A DNA stretch of 64,000 bases from Gracilinanus agilis. Lineage: Eukaryota. The position numbers and the translations under genes were made by a program. The stretch lies in assembly GCF_016433145.1 (NCBI RefSeq), contig NC_058135.1, forward strand, positions 62,024,904-62,088,903, written 5' to 3'. Shown piece by piece: positions 11,053 to 24,130 of this stretch (positions are counted from its first letter, which is position 1; each line of letters opens with the position of its first letter). The notes below the pieces were generated by a model that saw only the letters and a list, made by a program, of their open reading frames with translations, made no database searches and was not told where the DNA came from.

Positions 11053-12999
11053 TGTAATCCTATTTTCTTAATTTGTATACATTTAATTGCATATTAATTT
11101 ATTAACAGTTAATAATTTATAATATTTAAATTATTATTTAATCATTACTGTTCATTAATGATTGATAATTTATTAATATTAATTATATACAATTTTTCTC
11201 TGAAAAGAATTTCAAACACTTCAAACTGCCAAGGAGATTCAGGACATAAAAAAGGTAAAGAAGCCCTGATCTAAAATAAAAATCAATGAACTCTTAGACA
11301 ATAATAAAATATTTCTCCAAATTCTTGGTAGACTAAAGGTCTTTGAAGACAGAGTAGTGCAAATATTGAAAGATGAGCTCACCATATAAGTTGAGTTTTT
11401 TCCTCTTATTTTTTTTCTTGTTACAAGGGAAAGTTCAATTCCAGGCTTCAAGAAGGGGGGGGAGGGGAAGAAGGGACCAATCCATGCAGAATTGATTGCA
11501 ATGTTAAAAACAAATGGCCTAAATTTATTTTAATATATAAATTTTGAATAGGAAAATTTTACAACTCAATATGAAGTTCAAATTTAAATTTCAGAAATAT
11601 AAATGAAAATATAATATCAAAAATGGATAGAAGACAAACCTGTAAAAGCTGTGGTGGGAAGAGTTGGTCTTTTGTTAATACAAGGATGATGGGGATGATG
11701 AAGATGATGAAGGGAAAGGGGAAGGAATATCAGTCAGAGGACTTGGGTTCAAATCCAAGCTTTCTACATAGTACTTATGTGACATTAGAATATTCATTTA
11801 AATTTCCTAGTCCTAGTGTTCCTCATTTATAAACTGAGGTTTGAATGAATTAGCTTCTGATGTCCCTTCCAGAAATAAAATTTTTATCCATGTTGTAACT
11901 TACTTATTATATCTTTGAATTGCTATATCATTCTTTAAGAAATGAGTCAGGTCTCTAAGGTCTTTTTGGATTCTCAACCTTAAATCCCCTTAGAAGGCAA
12001 TGACTGTGGGGATAATGGGTGCCCACCTCCACTGCTCTTACTAACTAACCTCTCTTGCATTGCCAGAGCTATACTGAGACAGGATATCAGAGAAGTGATG
12101 AGCCAGGAAAGAGGTATGATTGTATAATATTGTTCCTTCTTCCATTTTACCCATTTTTTCATCAGCCCTGGAAATCACAAAAAATTCCAAAATCAAAGTG
12201 AGACTTGTCTTGGAATCATTTCAGCTTAGAGTAGTGTCACGGGGAACACTGTCCACTAGGGATACCGATTACTAGTATCAACTGACCCAGTGGATAGATT
12301 GCTGGGCTTGGATTCAGAAGGACTTGATTCAAATGCTGTCCTAGACACAGACTCAGTAACTGTACATCCATAGGCAAATCACTTAACCTCTCTTGGGTTC
12401 AATTTTCTCATCTGCAAAAAGAGGATATTAATAGCACTTGCTTTACACACTATTGCTACAATATTCAAATTAATTGATAAATCCAAATATCTTCAAAGTC
12501 CTATTTTAATACTAGCTATTGATATTATCTCTTGGGTGAAATATCATCGTAAGATCTTTTCTTTGTTTTGAGAGGCCTTTTTGAAGTAAGGTCTCTACCA
12601 TGGATGGTCTGTATGTCTTCCAATGTTGAGACTACTTACATGTGTTAATATTACTGTGTGTCTCTTAGCTACCCATTCTTTCTCTAATGGGTTCTCCAGA
12701 CATTCTTCAGTCTAGATGACATGTCCTCAACCCACTGAAGGAATTTGATTAGCATTTTGTGTGAAATAACCTTTGATTGCCTCTTAAACAGTGGAATGCC
12801 GAATTAAGTCATACATCCTACTATGTGAGACTAGAGGATGACCCTGTAGTGACACATACTAGCTTTGAGACCATGGGTAAGTCACACCACCTCAATAAGC
12901 CTGTTTCTTCATGGGTAAAATGGGGAAATAATCCCTGTTCTGCCTTCCTAAAAGAAAAGCAGTGAAACACTAAATAAATAGTAAGTATTATTCTTATTT

Positions 13000-13228
13000 G
13001 GGCAGCTGGGGTAGAACAGTGGATAGAGAACCAAGCCTGAAGTCAGGAAGATGGGTTTAAAACTGGTCCTTGAACTAGCTCTATGACCCTGAGTAAGTCA
13101 CTTCATCCTGTTTGCCTCAGTTTTGTCATCTGTAAAATGAGCTGGAGAAGGAAATGGCAAACCACTCCAGTATCCATGCCAAGAAAACCATAATTGGATC
13201 ACAAAGAGTCAGACACAACTGAACAACA
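13000..13228 (+). mobile_element. Mar1 CORE-SINE
   Basis: gctggagaaggaaatggcaaaccactccagtat...gagtcagacacaactgaacaac. Confidence 0.9.
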
Positions 13229-13390
13229 GCATTATTCTTTTTATTTGAGTACCAACATGGCACAATGGAGAGAGAACTGATTTCATTGCCAAGAAAACCT
13301 AGATTCAAGGTAACCCTTAACCCTCTGGCACCCTGGCAGCTCTGTGCCACTCAAAGTAATTGAACAGTTGCTTATATATCTACTTAAAAC

Positions 13391-13588
13391 TTAAAACAAC
13401 ATTATGAACTTTTGGGGCACATTTAATGTATCTATGAATCCAGATTTTCCTGACTCTAGGGCCAACCTTGGCATAGACTTGACTCCCAACAAAGAATTGC
13501 TCAAACTGTCACTTTTTAAACTAAATCCTATTTCATCTTGACATAATAAGTATTCAATGATAAGACCCTTCATTGACATAGTTTCTCA
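13391..13588 (+). repeat. Copy A of a local ~200-bp direct duplication
   Basis: Core 13425-13588 aligns to 14507-14671 with about 20 differences (manual count). Confidence 0.9.
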
Positions 13589-13944
13589 TTAGTGGAGCTA
13601 GTCTTCACAATGTGAGTTCTTTACATCAAGGAAATCAGAGGTCTGGAACCAAAAGGGGTGGGCAGGGACTCATCTAAGTATAGTGTAGAATATGGCATTT
13701 AAGCCTCTTCTTTCTTATAGATTATATCTTTGATTATCCCAGTGATGCTTGGATCACTCTCAATCATTCTCTTCACTTGGCCATAGTCAGAAATGCCAGA
13801 TAAGGTCACTCATAATCTTTGGTGACATTTGGCATGGTTCTCAGTGAAAGGAAAAGCATACTATAATCCTGCTTGTCAGAGAAGACACACCATCTCGGTT
13901 TTGGCATGCCCCAAGTTAGAAAACATGTCTTTCACTTCACAGAC

Positions 13945-14058
13945 CTGCCACACGTGGTTCCTTCTCACAGCCTGTCTCAGCAACATCTTCTTCCCTCTGT
14001 GGGCTCTCGTCAGCTATGGTTTTCTGAAGCTTACAATGAATATGGGAGTCACATGTGT
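13945..14058 (-). other. Candidate 114-nt phase-1/phase-1 exon of an unidentified gene
   Basis: Acceptor gttcttttcctatgaacag, open frame TCDSHIHCKLQKTIADESPQREEDVAETGCEKEPRVA, donor CAG/GTCTGT. No homologue recognised. Confidence 0.3.
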
Positions 14059-14482
14059 CTGTTCATAGGAAAAGAACATGTGTGTATGTGTATGGATTGC
14101 TTCATAATTTTGACACTGACTCAGAGTGGTTGAGCAAAACACCATTTTTGAATAACTCTTTATTTCTATATTTTTTCCAAAACATTGCTCTCCGACTTTG
14201 GGTATTTTGTTATTCTTGAATTTAAAGTACTAGGTATGCTGAAGCCAGTAAAGGTCAAAGACTTACATTTTGAACATCTTCCCTTAGACTGGGTCCTTGA
14301 GACCAGGGACTTTTTTTTGTCTTTCTTTGTATCCCCAATATGTAGCAAGGTACATACTTAATGAAAGATAATTGACTTACTAGAATATAGAGCCCCAGAG
14401 AAACCTGGGACTTTGAGAAAGAGGACTGACTTGTCCAGGAACACATTACTAATACAGAGTGTCTCAAAAGACTTAGGGCAAC

Positions 14483-14671
14483 TTAAAACGACATTAAGAA
14501 CCCTTCAATGTATCTATGAACCCAGATTTTCCTGACTTCAGGGCCAACCTTAGAGTAGTCTTGATTCCCAACCAAGTTATCCTCAAATTGTCACTTTTGA
14601 AGCTAAATCCTATTTCATCTTGACATAATTAAGTATTCAGTGATAAGACCCTTCTTTGACATTGTTTCTCA
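14483..14671 (+). repeat. Copy B of a local ~200-bp direct duplication
   Basis: Shares, for example, ctaaatcctatttcatcttgacataa and tgataagacccttc with copy A. Confidence 0.9.
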
Positions 14672-15084
14672 CTCACTCTTACTTACAGAAGAGCTTTTAA
14701 ATGGAAACATTTGTGTTTTTGTAATTTAATTTCCCTTTCCAGAGCAGAAAAGTTTTGTTCTACAAACATAATAAATTGAGATAGAGATAAGGCAAGATTA
14801 ATTGTAACAATAGAGTAATCTCATTGCATATATTTAAAGTATCTTTTATCCTTTTACTGTGACAACTAGCACACTCTGTCTTTCTCTGATCCCTGCTCAC
14901 AATTAACTATTTCAGGAGATTCTCTTTATCACATATACACACTGTTCTTCTTTAGCCATGTCTTCCTTTCCCTGTCTCTTGCAATTCCCTCCAAATTACC
15001 CTCCTAGCAAATCTTCCCCCTCTCTTCTTCTCCCTCCTCCTCTCGTCTTCTTGGTGTTTCATCTCCCTCAAAGAATTACTTACA

Positions 15085-15282
15085 GGGGGCAGGTGGGTGG
15101 CTCAGTGGATTAAGAGCCAAGCCTAGAGACAGGAGGTCCTAGATTCAGTTCTGGTCACGGGCACTTCCCAGCTGTGTGACCTCGGGCAAGTCACTTAACC
15201 CCCATTGCCTACCCTTACTGCTCTTCTGCCTTGGAACCAATACACAGTATTGACTCCAAGACAGAAGGTAAGGGTTTAAAAA
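15085..15282 (+). mobile_element. SINE1_Mdo-type SINE with a 15-bp TSD
   Basis: ggggcag...caatacacagtattgactccaag...aagggtttaaaa. TSD aaagaattacttaca at 15070-15084 and 15283-15297. Confidence 0.92.
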
Positions 15283-15566
15283 AAAGAATTACTTACATAG
15301 AATTTAGAATATCAGAGTGGGAAGGAACTTAAGGAGCCATCCAAGCCAATGTGAAATTGAATAAGAACCCCTTCTATAATATCCCCAGCGAGTGATCATT
15401 TGATATCTGCTCAAAGATCTCTAATAAAAGAGAAGCTGTTGGGGCAGCTAAGTGACACAATTGATAGAGGGTCAGGCCTGGAATCAGATGACTGGGGTTC
15501 AAATCTGACCTCAGATGATTCCTAGTTATGTGACTGAGAGACAGACAGACAGACAGCCACAGATAC

Positions 15567-15569
<3 letters not shown>

Positions 15570-15637
<68 letters not shown>

Positions 15638-15680
15638 NNNNNNNNNNNNNNNNNNNNNNNNNNNNNNNNNNNNNNNNNNN

Positions 15681-15754
<74 letters not shown>
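15570..15754. repeat. (GA)n microsatellite
   Basis: Pure GA run on both sides of the 43-N gap. Confidence 0.98.
15638..15680. other. Assembly gap (43 N) inside a (GA)n tract
   Basis: Run of N. Confidence 1.
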
Positions 15755-15756
<2 letters not shown>

Positions 15757-15912
15757 TTACATATGAGAAAGCTCATTTTACTTTCAGGTAAACTTGTTGG
15801 GAAATTAAGTCAAGTCAACAAGATTTGACTATGCTCTTAAAATGTGCCAAGAATTATGTGAGGCTCTGGGGATAGAAATTCAATCAAAAAGAGGCAGTAA
15901 CTGCCTTCATAG

Positions 15913-16150
15913 AGGCAGCTAGATGGCGCCATAGATATAGAACCAGATCCGGGGTGAGGAAGACTTGAATTCGAATTGAATTCAAACACTAGCTCTGTGT
16001 CCCGAGACAAATTATCTAACTCTGCCCTGGTTTCATCATCTGTAAAATGAGCTGAAGAAGGAAATGGAAAACTACTCCAGTATTGCTAACAAGAAAATTC
16101 AAAACAAGGTCATGAAGAGTCAAACACGAATGAAAAGTCATCAAAGAGTT
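15913..16150 (+). mobile_element. Mar1 CORE-SINE
   Basis: aaaatgagctgaagaaggaaatggaaaactactccagtat. Confidence 0.85.
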
Positions 16151-17065
16151 TATGTTGAAATGAGGGAAGGCAACACATAGAAGGAAAACAAAGGGAGGAA
16201 TAGGGGTATTTGGTGTGGTGAGGAAGTCTGGAGAAGGAAGGAAAGCAGATTTGGGCCCTTTCCCAAAACTGTGGTTCTGGAAAGAACTCACCAAAGGAAG
16301 AAGGAGGCCACAAGGATGGAGGGGAAAGACAATTGACATACAATGACAAAATCTGAAAATTTTACCAAATACTTGATGGTGGAACTCTACCAGTGAGTGT
16401 GCTGGATCCAACTCCTATCAACATAGGAAAGCCAACTGTAAAATTTTCAGGGTGAATGTTTACTCTTCAGAAACTAGCAAATGCTGCAGGACTTGATTTA
16501 CTATTTTGTTAATTGAATTTAGGAAAGTGATACTGAAAATGTTAATAATGCAGATTAAACTTAAACATAAGTGATAGGTACATTTTTCTTGAGAGCCATT
16601 TGTTAGATATTTATAAACACATCTCCGAATCTACCTCTCTGCAATGTTCTACTATTACTTCTCTTCCTGTTTTAACCCTCAGATTAAATCTATTTTTTCT
16701 GAAGCACTATTATTCATTGTAAATGAATATTTCATATGTAATTTTATTGTTTGTAGTTTATTTAATTACTAATGTTACAATAGTGTAGGAGACAGAATAG
16801 CCTGGTGGCTAAAGAGCTGATTTCTGAGTCATAAAGCATAGCCTCTGATTCCCACTGGCTGTGTGGCCTTGCAAATGTCACTTACCTCTCAGTGCCCCAA
16901 GTGCCTTTCTGAGACTATAAATTGCAGAATCATCTGAACTGATAGAAGAATTTCCTCACTAGAACTGCCATGAATTCACATGAATTCATAGGTCTTCTAC
17001 TCATAAACAAAAAAATTATAACAATTATTTTTAATGTAAATGTATATTATTCAACTAGCTTGTTG

Positions 17066-17315
17066 TGTTGTTCAGTCTTTTTTGGTTGTATCCAACTCTC
17101 TGTGACCCCATTTTGGGGTTTTCTTGGCAAAGATGCTGGAGTTGTTTGCCATTTCCTTTTCTAGCTCATTTTATAGATGTAGAAACTGAGACAAACAGGA
17201 TTAAGCAACTTTCCCAGCATTAAACAGCTAGGAAGCAGCTAGATTCAAACTCAGGAAAATGAGTCTTCATGCCAGGTCCAGTGGAATCTATCCACTGTGC
17301 CACCTAACTGTCCAC
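17066..17315 (-). mobile_element. Mar1 CORE-SINE
   Basis: gtgaccccattttggggttttcttggcaaagat...gccatttcc. Confidence 0.85.
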
Positions 17316-18534
17316 TCAACTAGCTTGAGGGTTTAATAAGCTTCTGTGAGCTAGCTGAGAATTTAATAAGCATTTATGCCATTGTTTCTATGAGACATGA
17401 CACATTTGGAGGACTCCACAGACAAATTCAAATGAATTTTTGGCACATGACCCACTTGTAGGTTGAAACGTCATGTAATGACACTAAATTGTACAAATTA
17501 TTTTATTTTGCATTTTGAATTCAGCATGAACACTATATAAAAGATAGAGATGACGTGGAATATTGAATAGAGAGCTGACCTCAAAACCAGAAAGATCTGG
17601 TTTAATTCCCACCTTTGATACAAATTGTTTGAAATTTGAACTTGAAAAAAATCATATAACTTTTGAGTGCTATGGACAACTAAGATTATAAATTGAAGAG
17701 AGAATGTCTCAGTAGTGAGAGTTTCCTCCCCTGGGAGTACCCTATATCAATAATAGGCTGGTCTCCATTTGTCCAAATTTAAGATGAAAATAATGAACAT
17801 GTTAGATATTTAAGAAATCACTCCCCAAAACTGAACCCTACCTCTCCCGTGGACCTATGTAGACTTCACAAACTACTATTATACTGTACCTCCTGTTATT
17901 ATATTATACTGTTCCCTCCTCATTCAAGAGTGGAAAGAACTCTGGGTCATGAGAGACAAAAATACATTCCCTGCACAGTCCACATGAATCACACTGCCAT
18001 GGGCAGGAAAGTCTGGATTTGCTCCAGTGTCATGAATCTGTCCTTTGCTACTCCTCGTCTCTCATTTCCATTCACTCCCAAAACTACTCAGCAAGTTTAT
18101 CACTCTACCACTATCACTTCACTGCTGATAGCTCATATTTCTGTGGCTTCCATCTTGGAAAAGGAACTCCTTCCTTTTTTTTTTTTTTTTAAACTCTTAC
18201 CTTCCATCTTAGTATCATTTCTAAAATTGAAGAGTAACAAGAGCTAGGCAATCAAGGCTAAGTGATTTGCCCAGAGTCACACAATTGAGAGAATTTCTTG
18301 GTTTGAGGGCACTATCAGTATTGGTTCCCAGTGGTTCTCTTCATTGATTTGCCCCCATCGTCCCACATCTATTGTTTCTATGAAGGCATTTGAAGTGAGT
18401 CTTCCCAATTCCAAGTACAACTCTCTAACCACTATGTGATACGGATTCTCAATAGCTTGCTTAGATATTCTAATTAGAGATGCTAAGTCCAAAATGGGTT
18501 TATGAAAGATAACTTTATGATTGTGAAGAATATT

Positions 18535-18766
18535 AGGTAGTGCAATCTATGACTGGAGTCAGGAAGATTCATCTTCTGAGTTCAAATTTGGCTTCAAACA
18601 TTTATTAGCTGTGTGACCCTGGGCAAATCACTTAATCCTGTTTGCCTTGGTTTTCTCATCTGTAAAATAAGCTGGAGAAGAAAATGGCAAATCACTCCAT
18701 ATCTTTGCCAAGAAAACCCAAATGGGGTCACAGAGAGTTGGATTTGACTGATAAGACTGAACAACA
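18535..18766 (+). mobile_element. Mar1 CORE-SINE
   Basis: gctggagaagaaaatggcaaatcactccatatctttgccaagaaaacc. Confidence 0.85.
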
Positions 18767-19584
18767 GTATTTTGTCTACCTTAAACACTGCATGAATATG
18801 AATTACTATGGATTTTGTTTTGGGAGGAGGATTTGGTCCCAATCTACCATTCCATGAGTAGCAGGAAACCTTGGTGACGAAATCTTCTCTACCAATGAAA
18901 CTCAACAACCCCTCTGCTGCTCAGAGATCGACTTACACAATTACACAGCTAGGACACGACTTCGGCTAAGGTTTTTCTACTCTCAGGCCAGCCTGTTATC
19001 CGCTGCCATACTGTCTCTACTATTGTATTACTAAACAAAGTTAGGAGACAGATTTTGATCATCTGTAATTCATGGTAATAGCAGCCTTTAAATTTAAACT
19101 CTTCAAGGGAAAGAATCATTTTTCATTTTGTCTTTATGTAAGTGACACTTTGATTTTTTTAAGATGTTGATAACTCCATTTCAATATAATTGTTTTCCTT
19201 TATTTTCCTATATATTGTATTTTATAGATTTTAAAACATACGGCAAGGTTCATAGGCTTTTCCAGATTGCCAAAGGGGGTTCATGATACAAAAAAATGGT
19301 TAATAATTCCTAGCATAGATGATAAGGTGCGTGCCTCAGCATCAGGACAACTGTCTTCAAATCTTACCTTTGACACATACTGACTGTTTGACCTTGGACA
19401 AGTCACTTAACCATTCACTATTCTAAGCAACTATCTAAGAGTATTACATTTCAGAGACATTTGATGCCTTCAATGATAGTAGGTATTTCCTCCCTAATGA
19501 AATCATAGGTCCAAGAGCAGGACAAAATAACCTAGCTGATATTATTTAATCATTTTCAGTTTTGTCCTACTCTTTATGATCTCA

Positions 19585-19790
19585 TTTGGGGTTTTCTTAA
19601 CAAAGATATTGTAATGGTTTGCCTTTTCCTTCTCCAGCTCATTTAAGAGATAAGGAAACTCAGGCAAACAAGGTTAAGTGACTTGCCCAGGGTAACATAG
19701 CTAGTAAGTGTCTAAAGTCAGATTTGAACTCAGGAAGACTCATCTTCCTGACTCCAGGTCCAGTACTCTATCCACTGTGCCACCTAGCAG
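19585..19790 (-). mobile_element. Mar1 CORE-SINE
   Basis: ttccttctccagctcattt...gtgacttgcccagggt...ccactgtgccacctagc. Confidence 0.85.
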
Positions 19791-22414
19791 ATAGTAAATT
19801 GAATGGATAGCAGTACATCCTAACTGTTTTTTTCCAGTCCTAACATATTAGAGACAAACTTATCTTTTACTATTACTGGTAAGTAATCATAAATAGAAAA
19901 CTCTATGGATCAGACACTTTTGTGATTTTTGTCTGCTGGTTCAATACAATACTAATATCTTCCCAAGTTGCTCATTCTAGGCCGCCAGCATTCTCCACTC
20001 TACTAATAGTCCTAGTATTGGAGTTTTCCCAATCTATAGATTTTATTCACTGCATATGATTAAAATTACACCAAAGGTCTATATAAATCCCCGAAAGGGC
20101 TCAAATTCATAGTGCCTTATTTTGAAAAGATCAGTCTCAAAGTTGCTTGGGAAATGAAAACTTTAAAAACAGTTTTGGGAATGTGTTGACTCCCAAATTC
20201 CCTAAAAAAGAGAAACTATTACTATAGTCACTCTTTACTTTAGAACAACCAAAATAACCTCCAAGTAGAGAAAACAAGGTGTGGTCCAGTATGTGGACTT
20301 TTGAAATGACACTGTATTAATTGAAAACGTGACAATGTGTCTTTTGCATTTCTTCTTTGACCTTCATTTCCAACTGTTTCTGATCTTTTGTGTTTAACCA
20401 AAATGTTCCATGACCTCAATTAGAAATCATTTCCTTTTCAGAAGGCAAAGAAAACTAGTTCAGCCTAATAATTCTCATCATCCCCCAATTCAAATACCCC
20501 ATTGCCTACCAAACAAAAACTCCTTTACCTGGCATTCAAGACCTGTTATTATCTGCTTCCAACCTCACTTTCCAGTATCCTATAGTCAAACAGGACTCCT
20601 TACATCACTCAACAACCTCATCCTGCTGTCTCTCCCCACTGCAGCCATGCATTTGTTCTTTGTACATACCATTCTCCATGATGAGAATGGATTGCATCCA
20701 TTTGTTTGCTTGTTAAAATCCTCTTCTTCAAGTTCTATCTCAGGTACTATCTCTTCTTCCTGAAAGAGTTTGCTGATGCCCACAGCCAGAAATAATCTCT
20801 TCATGCTCAGACCTCTTGTGACATTTGATCTTTTCTATGCACTTAAAATCTAACTTGTATTATAATGTTCCTGTGTATATTTTACTCCTGCCACAAGAAA
20901 GTAAACTCCTTATGGGCATAATCTCTTCAACTTGGAGCCTTTCATGATATCTGATATCTTCTATGCCCTTAATGTTCTAACTTATAATTTTCATGTCCAT
21001 GTCTTCATACTTCACCTTTCTATCCATAGAACCCAGCCAAGCATCACATATAGGGGATGCCTAATATACTGCTCAAATTAAATGGTTTGGCAATACCACA
21101 GATTGCCACCTAACCCACCAAGATGAACCTAAAATCCAAGCTAGATCACAGCAGTATATATTTACTCAAATTTATCTTTATAAATATCCATTAGCATTCA
21201 TTTGACATTCATTAACCACATACTGTGATCAAGGCACTATTCGAAGTTATGGGGATTCAAGGCTAGACAGGATATTGAGCCAATCTCGAGGAATTTACAA
21301 TCGAATAAATATCCTGTAGGTCTGAGGAATTACTATTACATGAGGAGTTCTGGCAAATAGAGGGACTGAGTTCAAATTCTACTTCTTGATGATGATTACC
21401 TGAATGATCTTAGACAAAATATTTAATTTTCCTGGGCTTCAATTTCCTCGTCTGTTAAAAAAAAAAAGATGAAAATGAGAGAATTAGTCTAGATGTCTTC
21501 TGAGGGTTAATGATCCTATAATTTCCAGAAGTAGAGTTTGTACTGGATTTGCCTATTTATTACAGGGAAATAATAGCCTATTAATTAAAGCATATGAACT
21601 TGGGATCTTGTACAGACTAACCCTTTTATGTTATTTATTCTTCTATCAGCTGTCTACAAATGACATACTAGACTATCCTTTGAGTTTTGTATTTCCCCAA
21701 AAGAAGTCTTGCTTGTTCCAGTGCTGTGCCCCCAAAGGAGATGTGTTCCCGTCACCACAATACTGAAATAGCAGAGGTGTTACACGTCAAGCCTGAGATG
21801 CATTGGCAGGATCCGGTGATAACAACACTTTACAATTTCATAGCACCTTTCATCCCAGAGTGCTTCAGAAGCTATAGACATTCAGTCCCACCAAAAGATC
21901 TTAAAGGCTGGAGACAGAATAGGGGTAAGAATGAGGAAACCAAGGGAAGTGGAGATATGGAAGCCAAGAACAGTAGAACCTAGCAATTCTCATTGAAAAT
22001 CCCCTGAAAAAAAAAAGAAATAGAGAAAATCCTCTTAAAATCTATGAGGTATACGCTAATGGAAACATCAGTATAAACAAGCTGTTATTTCAGAGCCTTT
22101 CCATTTAGCATCTTTTTCCAGCCAGAAAATTGCAACAAAATGCTAGGATACTGTGAGCCCTTAAGTCTATTTTTAAAATGGAACTGGGGTAACCAAACTA
22201 GAGAATAATTGAATTATAGAATAGCAGAGCTGTGATGGTCTTTAAGAGATCATTTAGTCCAATTCCAGCATCTTACAGTTGAGGAAAATTAGGCCAACAG
22301 ACACTAAATAAATTGCCAAAGAGCAGAGCAGACTAGTATCAGAGCTAGGATTTTAATGCAAGTCTCTTCCTTCGCTCCAAATCTAATGCTCTTTTCACTA
22401 TCATACTTTTATTG

Positions 22415-22680
22415 TTGTTGTTGTTGTTGTTTAGTTATTCAGTTGTGACTGGCTATTCATGATCCAATGATCCATACTATCTGCGGGGTTTTCTTGGCAA
22501 GAATACTAGAGAAGGTTGCCATTTCCTTCCCCAGTGGATCAGTGGATCCTTTTGGTCAAGCAACTAAAGTTAAGTGACTATCCCATGGTCACACAGCTAG
22601 GAAATGTCTAAGGCTACCTTTGAACTCAAGTCTTCCTGACTATAGGACCATTGCTCTTAACACTGAGCCACAGCGACCTC
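22415..22680 (-). mobile_element. Mar1-related SINE with (TTG)n tail
   Basis: ggggttttcttggcaagaatactagagaaggttgccatttccttc. Confidence 0.75.
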
Positions 22681-22786
22681 TAATAGCGTTCGACTTCTTC
22701 CAAGAACATATGCTTCAAAACAATGCAAATGTAAGAAATGTGTTTCCATTTACTCATGATATATTGGCCAGATTTAAATTTTATTC

Positions 22787-22870
22787 AGTCATTTCAGTCA
22801 TGTCCAACTCTTGGCGACTCCATTTGGGGGTTTCTTGGAAAAGATACTGCAATAGTTTGCCATTTCCTTC
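22787..22870 (-). mobile_element. Mar1 3' fragment
   Basis: cagtcatgtccaactcttggcgactccatttgggggtttcttgg. Confidence 0.75.
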
Positions 22871-23479
22871 TCAAACTCCCCATAGCCTTAAATAGCCAAA
22901 TATTGTAGGGAAGGGAAAAAAGGTGGTAAAGCAAAAAGAGCACACTGACTTGGGAATCAGAGGATCTGAATTCAAATCTTGCCTCTATCACTTAATATGG
23001 GATCTTGAACAGGTTATTTAAATTCATAGAGCCAAAGTTTCCAAATTTGTAAAATTAGGTAGTTAATTTAGATGGCTTTTAAAGTCCTTTCCAGCTCACA
23101 ATCTATGATTCTACCAACAGTAGGGGACCTATTTCACTTCTAGTGTTAGAGTAGCTTTTCATTTACAGAATACCAAACTTTGCTGAAGACAACAGAACGC
23201 CCAAATATTTTGGATCTAAAAGCTTGAAGACAAAGAAAACTGATGATGAATGTTAAGAATATCAATTCAGAGACAGGTCTTAAAAATAGAAACTTCTCAC
23301 AAAATCTGAAGTGTTTGATTTTTGAAGGAATGAATAATCTACTAGCTCTAGTGGAACTAGTTTGTTTTTAGGGGCTCCTGGGAAGCTTTGAGTACCTTGC
23401 AAAGAGCTCTATTTCCATTTATTCCTGCTTTTCTTATTACTTCTTGAAGATAATCATAGAAGCCCAAACTCCCAAGAAG

Positions 23480-23700
23480 GCAACTAGATGGCACAGTGGA
23501 TAGAATACCAGATCCACCTTCCTGAGTTCAAACTTGGTTTCAGATACTTACTGTGTGACCCTGGACAAGTCACTTAATCCTGTTTGCCTCAGTTTCCTCA
23601 TCTATAAAATGAACTGCAGAAGGAAATAGAAAACTACTCGTATTTCTGTCCCAAAAAAAACCCTTCAAAGTTACAAAGAGACAGACACAAGAGAATTAAC
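23480..23700 (+). mobile_element. Mar1 CORE-SINE
   Basis: ggcaactagatggcacagtggataga...gaaggaaatagaaaactactc. Confidence 0.8.
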
Positions 23701-23889
23701 TAAATTAAAAAAGAAGCTCCTGTGAAGTAGACTTGAAGTCCCAGAACAAGACAGCACCAAAGTATCATATGACTTGCTGTCAAATGAGTAAATTATTGTA
23801 TAAAAAAAAGCTCTCTTTCTAGTTCCTGTTTTCTGGTGTTTGGCTAACTCATTTCATTATACTTAAACAGGGAATATATTAGGGAACTA

Positions 23890-24130
23890 CATCTGGCAGT
23901 ATGGCATGATGAATAGACAACTATCCTTGGCTCTAGGAAGACCTCAGTTTCAATTGCACTTCTGACAGATAATGGTCATATGACCCTAGGCAAGTCACCT
24001 CAAAACCCCATCCCTCCAACAACTCTGTGGGGCTCTAAGTTGCAGAAAAGGTGCCCACCTACCTTTGTAGAAGGCATTTCCTCACCTGGGTATTCCGTAC
24101 ATCAGTAATATCTGAGGTTCAGCCCCTATC
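23890..24130 (+). mobile_element. Mar3-type SINE (similar copies near 16790, 17560, 19320, 27620, 36100 and 39490)
   Basis: ctctaagttgcagaaaaggtgcc...ttcctcacctggg..ttcc tail. Confidence 0.65.

Noticed and set aside
15515-15776. ORFs with (ER)n and (SL)n runs
   Set aside because: They are translations of the (GA)n microsatellite and the N gap.
16016-16411. 131-aa minus-strand ORF
   Set aside because: It spans a Mar1 SINE and purine-rich low-complexity sequence.
17849-18247. 132-aa ORF
   Set aside because: GTG start, runs through a poly-T tract, no protein-like composition or homology recognised.
21687-21983. 98-aa ORF with a few CpGs and a possible acceptor (gttccag)
   Set aside because: TTG start, no recognisable family, no convincing donor, and part resembles a MIR/L2 tail. 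There is not enough evidence to call it.
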